DNA of 63,353 bases, filler included, from Intoshia linei (lineage: Eukaryota > Animalia > Orthonectida), in NCBI GenBank assembly GCA_001642005.1. It is 10 parts of 10 records of this genome, joined end to end, with 100 filler letters (N's around TTAATTAATTAA, not from the genome) between each part and the next. Parts side by side here need not be neighbours in the genome. Positions count along the whole stretch, not along the records: positions 52,596 to 57,243 come from LWCA01001888.1; positions 57,344 to 59,230 come from LWCA01002474.1; positions 59,331 to 61,902 come from LWCA01002278.1; positions 62,003 to 63,353 come from LWCA01002655.1; 6 more parts are not named here. The stretch is one strand, 5' to 3'. Under the pieces are notes generated by a model. That model saw nothing but the letters and a program-made list of their open reading frames with translations. It searched no databases and was not told where the DNA came from. The translations under genes were made by a program, and so were the position numbers. Positions 55,097-63,353 of the stretch are shown here, in pieces (the first letter of the stretch is position 1; every line of letters starts with the position of its first letter).

Positions 55097-55481
55097 TTAA
55101 ATATATGAATAAAAATTTTTTATTTTTACCGGGAAATCATACTCACTACAGAAAAAATATTTTTTACTGCTATTCTCACAAATGAAACATAAATTAAATA
55201 CCATGAGGCATCCGTTAAAAACAGTTGAAACTGATCTCTGTGTCCATGTGTTAAAGAGTATCATAGACTGAATGTATAACCATTTTATCATTCATGTTTG
55301 CATTGATAAACTTACAATCATATAATATTGTTTTCTTAGTGTTTTTAATGGTTCCAATCAAAGTGTTTACGTACTTAGAACCGTTTAAATCAGATTCATC
55401 AATTATCATTTCATTTATTATTATTATTGAAAATTGATTCATTTTCGCAATACTGTTTAATTTTTTCCATTTCATTTTCAT
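55097..55481 (-). pseudogene. Probable DNA transposase remnant (hAT-like catalytic start)
   Basis: IIDES...KYVNTLIGTI resembles the first catalytic Asp strand; frameshifted. Confidence 0.4.
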
Positions 55482-57343
55482 ATAATTTATTAATTTTATT
55501 TTGACAATTAGATTGAGATGGTAAAATCTTACCCATAGTTCTGAACTACTCTTTTAATTTATGATTGTCAAATTTATTTAAATGTTATATTCCCCCAATT
55601 GAGAACCATTTATTTAAATAATCACATATTGATTTGAAATAAAAATTTATAAAATTATTTATTTTATTGGTCTATTGAGGATATATAAAATTTTTATTGT
55701 ATTATTGCTATCTTAATGTTTCTTCTATCATTAGAGTAAAATTTTCGAAACGTTACAAAAAGTGTCTACATTTATTTACCCCATAAAATATTGTTTAAAC
55801 ACCAAAATAAAATCATAATAATAACTATAATTTTCAAATTTTTTTTTTGGATATTATAAAATACAGTCAATTGTATATAATTTAGTTGAACACGATATAT
55901 TAAAATATACAAATTTTTTTAATTTTTCTCCGCAAACGAAGCAGGAATTCAAGTTTTTGTATGACAAAATTAAGAAAAACATGAAAATAAAGTTGAATTT
56001 AGCTATTTTTTGTTAATTAGTTAATTGAGCAACGCAACATCGTTACTTACTTTTTTGAAAAGCTGTTTTTAACATCGTGATCTCCATTCAAAAATACACC
56101 CCACCTAGCTTCTAGTCTTTCAAATTCTCAATATTTAAAAACGATGTGACACCCTACTGTATATAGTGCATGTATTGCAATACATGTGCACTAGGGTGTC
56201 ACATCAAATATTTTTTTAAAGAAATTCAAAAACATATTAAGTATATTAAATGTAATTTGAAAAAAAAAAATCCGATGACTAATTTTGAAAAATACTCATT
56301 AATCTCAATGACTCAGTGTTGATCAATTAAATAATTAACAAAAAATAGCTAAATTTAGGTTTATTTTTATGTTTTTCTTAATTTTTTTTACAAAAACTTA
56401 AATTCATGCTTCGTTTGTGTTGACAATTTAATAATGTTTGCATATTTTAATAAATAATGTTAAACTGCGTCATGCACCATTGACGTTATTCTATAATATG
56501 AAAATAAAAATTTTCAAATTATAGCTATATTTATCATTTTGTTTTGGTGTTTGTGGTGGGTTAAATATAGAAATTTGTCTATCATTTCAAAAATTTTTGT
56601 CTACTTTTATAAGAGACTTAAGATCGTCATAATCCAACCAAAATTTTATATATCCTCAACGCAAAATACCAACAAAATAAAAGATTTTATAAATTTTAAC
56701 CCAAAATATATTATAAACGGGAATGTAACTAATCCAAGCATTTATATGAAAATGTATTAAAAATTATCACTGTATTTTGAATTTCTTTTTCTTTTGTGTA
56801 CAAATTTAATGATCGTTTATATTTTTGTAAGACTCTTTCGGCTGAATCGGTTACAATTTTATACTTCATTGGTTAATTCTTTATTTTCGTAATATCGAGA
56901 TAAAATCTATTCCCATAATATTAAGTTTATCAGAAGTGCCAAATGTATTTTTGAAAACATTTCCTATGATAATTTTCATAATATTCTATTATTTCTTGAT
57001 CAAAATGACGTATAATAATCTGTACAAAATTCATAATGATAATGCCACATAATGGTGCAACGGTAAATTAAATCGAAAATGATATATTGTCAAAACTAAA
57101 CTTACATACAAATTTATAATTTATCTCGTATAATCTATTAATATGATTAAATTTACTATGAAGTAAGCTAAAATACGACAATTTATAAAGATTAATAAAT
57201 AATATTAATACGCATTAACGTTTTGCACTAAGTTACACATAATNNNNNNNNNNNNNNNNNNNNNNNNNNNNNNNNNNNNNNNNNNNNTTAATTAATTAAN
57301 NNNNNNNNNNNNNNNNNNNNNNNNNNNNNNNNNNNNNNNNNNN

Positions 57344-57593
57344 GATGGAATACGTTACATCGAAAGATCAATTGGCCGACTTCATGACAAAGCCTTTGGA
57401 CCGGACAACTTTTGCAACTGATTGAAAAAGCTATGAACCAGCCATTGGATTGAAACAATAGTTGAAAATTAGCAGGAGAGTTGAAATATAGTAATTATAG
57501 TTTCTTTATGAGATTATTCTGTAATAAAGTTTTTGAACGATAATAAGTCGACGTATTTTTGACTTTCGATACCTTTGGTACTTTTTATCCAAT
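57344..57593 (+). mobile_element. Ty1/copia retrotransposon 3' end (RNase H C-terminus, PPT, probable short LTR)
   Basis: EYVTSKDQLADFMTKPL; a purine tract AGCAGGAGAG at ~57471-57480 is followed by TTGAAATA..., with an AATAAA. Confidence 0.8.
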
Positions 57594-58636
57594 ACTATTT
57601 GTCTTTATTTTTGTGCCTTTGTTTGTAGAATTGCAGTGATCATTATTAGCTCTTGTTGATCTGACAAATTTTGAATATAATCCATCGATCGGCAACATTT
57701 TGCATCTCGTGGGCAACTGTTTTACATCAATAAATTCTACGGGCCTCGTTTTTGAAAATTTACATAAGATACATTTCAATTTTAACTGAACAGCAATGTT
57801 TCTAGTATATTCAACAAAATTAATTTCCATGTTAAATTTAAATATAGTATATGTTAACGTCCGTGTGGAGTTTCAGTCATTCTGAAAAATTTGTAGGTTT
57901 GGTAAAAGGGGATTTTTTACTTAACGGTTGGTAAAAGTGGATATTTTCCTTAAAGTTTTGTAAAAGTGGATTTTTTCTGGATAAAATTGTGAGAAACAGT
58001 ATTAAAGGAATCCTTGATAGATATTAAATATGAATGAGAATTAACATCAATGGGTTTCTAAAGATTAGATAATAAATTAAAATTTCACTTTTATAATAAC
58101 AGAATTATTCGTTTCAATTTTAAATTACTTTGAATTTTAACACCAATAATAATTGTTTTCATGATTAATCATTATTTTTTGAAGATAAAGTATTTTCGTT
58201 TTTTTGTGATTTTAATTAATTAAAACGTAGAAATTAATAATACAAAGAAAACTACACTCACCTGTTACAAAACTGCGTCACATTTTACATATCTTTATAA
58301 ATTTTTATAGAAATTAATCGATTAGAATAAACACAGTTCAATTTTTAGCTCGGGTTCTAGAGCAGTGGTTCTTAACCTTTTTTGACCTATGCATTCCCAA
58401 ATATTGATATTAATGACTGTGCACCCCTGATTAATAATCAATTAATACAATATTAATTACAGACTAATTCCTTATTAACGGATTTTTTTATAAATAATGT
58501 GCAATACATTCAAATAGTAGAATGTTTTGTATTTTTATTCCATTTAACATATCATTTATTTAATCATATCATATAATTAATCATCAATTACTAAACGATG
58601 TTAAAATAACAAATATAAACAAAAATTTATGAGTTT

Positions 58637-59230
58637 TTATACAAAACTATAATATTCAAAAATTTTTCTTTGTCTTTTCTTCTTTAATAATTTTTCGTGA
58701 AATTCATTTTCTATCGAGTAAATGTTACTTAAACTATTCGGACATATTCTTGGTATCATTGATTTTAGTTTATCAATTAATACCGTATACCTAATATAGT
58801 CAGAATTTGTGATATCATATTCCAAATGGATCCATTCGTCCATATTTGTAAATTCCTGGCTATTTTGTTCGAATTTTTTATCAATTAAAAATTCTAACCA
58901 TCCATTCATCACTGGCTTTGAACTTTTTTAATACACCACAATCTTTGCTATTCATTTCCTTTTTTAAAATCTTTGCTTGTTCTTTTATTACATATCCACT
59001 TACTGGAATGTTATTATTTCTGAGATTAGATAATTTACTGATCAGAACTGTATGAAAGTTTACATTAGTAAGCTAATAATGCGTTTACTGTTATTTTTAT
59101 TTTCAATAATTGTGTTTTTATTAAATTGTTTAAAAATCTTTTCTTCGTTTTTTTTAATATTTGAAACAGTTGACGATGCAAGACCATACTTTTCACAGAC
59201 AAATTTTTGTTGGTGTATTTTGATATCATC
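58637..59230 (-). pseudogene. Tigger/CENP-B-type transposase remnant (DNA-binding domains)
   Basis: KYGLASSTVSNIKKNEEKI (psq-type HTH), NIPVSGYVIKEQAK and FKAS/NGWLE (HTH CENP-B). Frameshifted. Confidence 0.78.
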
Positions 59231-59330
59231 NNNNNNNNNNNNNNNNNNNNNNNNNNNNNNNNNNNNNNNNNNNNTTAATTAATTAANNNNNNNNNNNNNN
59301 NNNNNNNNNNNNNNNNNNNNNNNNNNNNNN

Positions 59331-60159
59331 TTCCCTTATTGGTGCAAGCCTGTCGTTCTTTTTTCTTTGTTCTCTAGTGTGCATATCGTCAAATGTAATA
59401 CACCCGGACAAAAATAAAAATCGGTTATAAGACATCATGGTTCTAATTGTATCAATACCGCATCCATCACTTTCCCATAGATCAATAAAATGTGTCCGCG
59501 ATCCTCTCAAACTTCCGGATATGAAAAGTATTCCAATATAAGCATTCATTTCAACTAAATTTGTCAATTTTGCATCTCTTGGTCGACTATATTTTGAACA
59601 AGTGTCTTCTATTTTGATATTCGTACAGTTTACAATAATTTCCATAATATTATTAGTAAAAAGTAGTCTAAAAGATTTTTCAATTGAAATATTTGATCTA
59701 TCTAAAATTTTATTTTTTAGAGCTGTAGAAAATCTATTTGGGTAAATTTTATTCGTATTCCAAATACTCATACTATCTTTGCCAGTCATGGATATATCAG
59801 GTTCAGGTGTACCACTTTCAATCAAATATTCACTATCGCATTCTAATCCACTAGAAGTATCAAAATCTTTTTCAATGACTTCTTTCATAATCATAATATA
59901 AATCAGCGAACAAAAATAAAAATTGTAAATTTTTAGTATTCAATAATCAAATTAAAAAAAACTTTACCGTTAGTAATGTTTATTTGTAACTTACGGTAAT
60001 ATTATACATATACTTGTCATGTATTATATTTAAGGTTAATTTAAATCTTAAAAATGTGACATTTTGATTATTTATTATAGCTCATGTCAAAATATGTTAA
60101 TTTATTTTCATTCATAAAAAAACGGACAAAAATGTCCTCTGCGAGTAGTAAAGAGTTAA
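59331..60159 (-). mobile_element. piggyBac transposon 5' part (PGBD4-like, DDE_Tnp_1_7)
   Basis: Motifs FRLLFT..IMEIIVNCTN, EMNAYIGIL, DLW, MSYNRF..L..CITFDD..TR and DRLAPIRE. Left end TTAA|CTCTTTACTACTCGC at 60159-60141. Confidence 0.9.
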
Positions 60160-60694
60160 TACAGTTGAAAATTGTAAAAATACTTAGAGTCTGTATCCAC
60201 CCTGTTCATAATTTCCATTATTTCAATCATAAACAAATCAATAGGTTCATTAGGTTGTTTTACCGTCAATACAGCATCAACAATGTGCTAAAAATATATA
60301 AATGATATTTTAGTACATTAGAAGGGCATAAAATTAAAAATATTAATTTTAACCATTATTTATTTATTTATTTTCACATTTTCGTCACACAACAAAAAAT
60401 AATTTTAGACACTAATTTTAGCGGGAAAACACTAAGAAAATTTATTTTTCTTTTTAATGGGTACAGGATTATTTTTTAATTTGGTTAAGATGTTCAATTT
60501 ACATTAAAAAACAAAAGCTAAAATAAAATAATATTTAAATGTAATATAAATATTTCTGGGAAATCTCTGGATATCATCAATGATTAATTTTACATATCCC
60601 ATTGTACAAGTAATGGCCAGTAATTTAAATATTAAACCGGGTAAATGAGATACATAATATACACTTATAAATAAAGTTAAATATAATAATATAC

Positions 60695-61396
60695 TTGTGC
60701 CAAAATATTAGATACATTATTAACTAGTTTAGTTTTTAGAGTCGTGAGGGCCACATTTATCAATGCACTACGATCCAAAAAGGGAGTAGAAAAATCTTTT
60801 CCATCAGACCTCCATCTCATATTGTCTAACGTCTAAATAATATAAATATATAAATACAAGAAACTAACTTGTAAACAAATTTTTTTCGCTGCATTGATTC
60901 CATTTACTATAATAGTAGGGTGTACTCCCTAAATTTAAGAATTTCATAAAAAAATAAAATAAAAAACCTCGTTTAAAGATATCATAGCTTTTTGTAATAC
61001 TTCACCTATTATTAATACGTTTGAAGTGGTTCCATCACCAGTGACATCATCTTGAGCTGTAGCAGAACGAGCTATTAAGACAGCCGTGGGGTGAGTCAAT
61101 TGCTAAAATTCGGTTTATAAAATTATAAAATAATGTACCATTTCATTCAAAAGTACACTACCATCCTTTGTAAATTTCAAATCTCCGGCTCCAGAAACTA
61201 GCCTAAATAATAATGAATAAAACTCTTCAACGTAAAGCATTTAAAGATTGCAAATGTACATTTTAACTGTTCCATGTGGACCTAAATTTGTAGATAGCAT
61301 GGTTTGCAATCCTTTTGCAGCAGATAAGTTCACAGAAAGTGCTATGCTTGATCTAGCGTGTTCAGCCTTTGGATTTACAATTGAAATTGCCGACAT
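60695..61396 (-). CDS. CCT6: T-complex protein 1 subunit zeta, first five exons (61396-61260, 61202-61139, 61102-60968, 60928-60869, 60832-60695)
   Basis: [88 protein letters not shown]. Four GT-AG introns of 57, 36, 39 and 36 nt. Confidence 0.95.
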
Positions 61397-63160
61397 GATT
61401 TATATATCGCTCAAATTTATGTAAAGTTATGAAAAAATAAATTTCAAATTCAATTTAAATATTGTAAACATTTAAAATTTAAATGTTATTGATATTATTA
61501 GTGATGGGACAATTAATTGGTAACGGACTCGAGAATCGTTATTATCGTGATTATCTTGTTAATTAAGCAGTGCAAAATTATTTTAAATTATTTTTCTAAA
61601 CTCAAGTTGTGAAAACTAAACTTAAATCAATACATTTATTTTACTATTAGGTGATTCACAAAGTTATGTCGTTTTTATTGATACAATTGATTAGAAATGC
61701 TTTATCACCGATAAGATTTCACATATTTCGAAATATAAAATATTTTTTAACAATCATGTCTACGACCACATTAGATTAGAACGTAATATATTTAAATCTA
61801 CATTTATTCAATGGCCATTTAGACGAATTATTTTAATAATTTTGAGGAACATTTACGTCATATTTTAGTGTATGAATACTTTAAGGACCTTAGTGCAGTG
61901 GTNNNNNNNNNNNNNNNNNNNNNNNNNNNNNNNNNNNNNNNNNNNNTTAATTAATTAANNNNNNNNNNNNNNNNNNNNNNNNNNNNNNNNNNNNNNNNNN
62001 NNGGTTTCTTGCTTATAATTCAAAATTCATTTTAATTCCATAATAAACATTGAAAAATGATCGATCAATACCAGAAGTCTCAGGCTCAATTTGTTTGGCG
62101 AAAAAATGTGAAAAAAAATTATTACGCGGGCCGCATAAAAAAATTTTATTCAAACTAAAGTTTTATTTATAAACAATAATTTTAACGAGGGCCGCATAAT
62201 TGAACCCTTATTCGTGACTTATTTGGCAACTTGATATATAATAAAATATTTTGTAGATAGTAATTAAAAATGTTATGAATAAAGTGCAGTTATGTTGTAT
62301 ATGCAATGTGGTTGTATGAATAGACAATAATGGTCATAATAATAATAAAGGATAAGACAATTAATAAAAATATTATCATTTTTAGCAAGTAAATTGATTA
62401 GGATTGAATAAATATTTGATAAAGTATATTGACTTACTGAATATCAAATAATAAATTAACATTGCGAAGAAAAATTATATTAATAATTTATTTTATTAGG
62501 CGGTTAATATTTTAATACGATACATTTATTTTTAAATATATTAATGAAAAACTAAATATGAAATATTAGATGGTAAAAATATATTATAATATTAAATATT
62601 CACATTTATTTATTTTGTTTATCTTATCTACTAGATACAAGTAAATTTATTTAGATTATTATATTAATAATACATATATTGCATATTTTATGATGAATTG
62701 TATATTTAGTGTTACTCTAAAATACAATATAAATTATTAATTGTAATAAATATTATTAAAACTGTATTCAACACACATCATTATTCGTGTCCACATTTTT
62801 TAATGTCTTTGAAAATGTTAGAACGTAATTTTACTTTCACAATAACATTTATAATTCATTAATCTTATAAATTTGAGATGAACGTATATTTTATTGTTGC
62901 AGACAGTATTTTATTTTTAATGTTCTATGGCATTTTCTATAAATTAAATTGTATATGCTTTTAGTCATTATTCTATGAAATTATTAGTTGGTATTAGTTG
63001 ATTACATTTCTATATAACTGTTTATATAACGTATATAACTTATTTAACTATTTAATGAAATTATATAATGTATCTGAACATTTCTCAAATGAAATTGGCA
63101 AATAATATAATATCTGATGGTATAATACCATGAAAATATATTATTTAAGATAATATTATA

Positions 63161-63284
63161 TGTACATTTTTAAATTTTAGCAAGTAAATATAATAGTAAT
63201 ATAAATAAATATAATTTATATGTACATTTTTAAATTTTAGTAAGTAAATATAATAGTAATATAAATAAATATAATTTATATGTA
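63161..63284. repeat. Tandem duplication of a 60-bp AT-rich unit
   Basis: 63161-63220 and 63221-63280 differ at one base. Confidence 0.9.
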
Positions 63285-63353
63285 TAATAACAAAAAATAG
63301 CAATAACATAATTTTAATTTTAAAAAAATGCCTGTATGTACAATATATATAAT

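Overview
This is extremely AT-rich animal (eukaryotic) genomic DNA, not prokaryotic. It consists of ten assembly pieces joined by identical artificial 100-nt spacers (N44-TTAATTAATTAA-N44). Composition, tiny 36-57 nt introns and very divergent protein sequences suggest a fast-evolving invertebrate parasite, possibly an orthonectid such as Intoshia; this is a guess. Host genes: a PAQR/membrane progestin receptor, the 3' part of a DUR3-like sodium:solute symporter, a RASL10-like GTPase expanded by large insertions, a multi-exon contactin-like Ig/FN3 gene, an NCoR/SMRT-like SANT protein, a Tctex-1 domain dynein light chain and the 5' half of CCT6. Most of the rest is a dense mosaic of transposon remnants: pogo/Tigger, Tc1, rosa/DD41D-like, hAT, piggyBac, Ginger-like integrase, Ty3/gypsy, Ty1/copia, non-autonomous Helitrons and MITEs. 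The most notable discovery is at about 49.6-51.2 kb (minus strand): a decayed endogenous copy of a nege-/kita-like (+)ssRNA virus structural block. It comprises a glycoprotein-like C-terminus followed by a full-length SP24 membrane protein gene broken by two in-frame stops. The ORF track shows only fragments of it.
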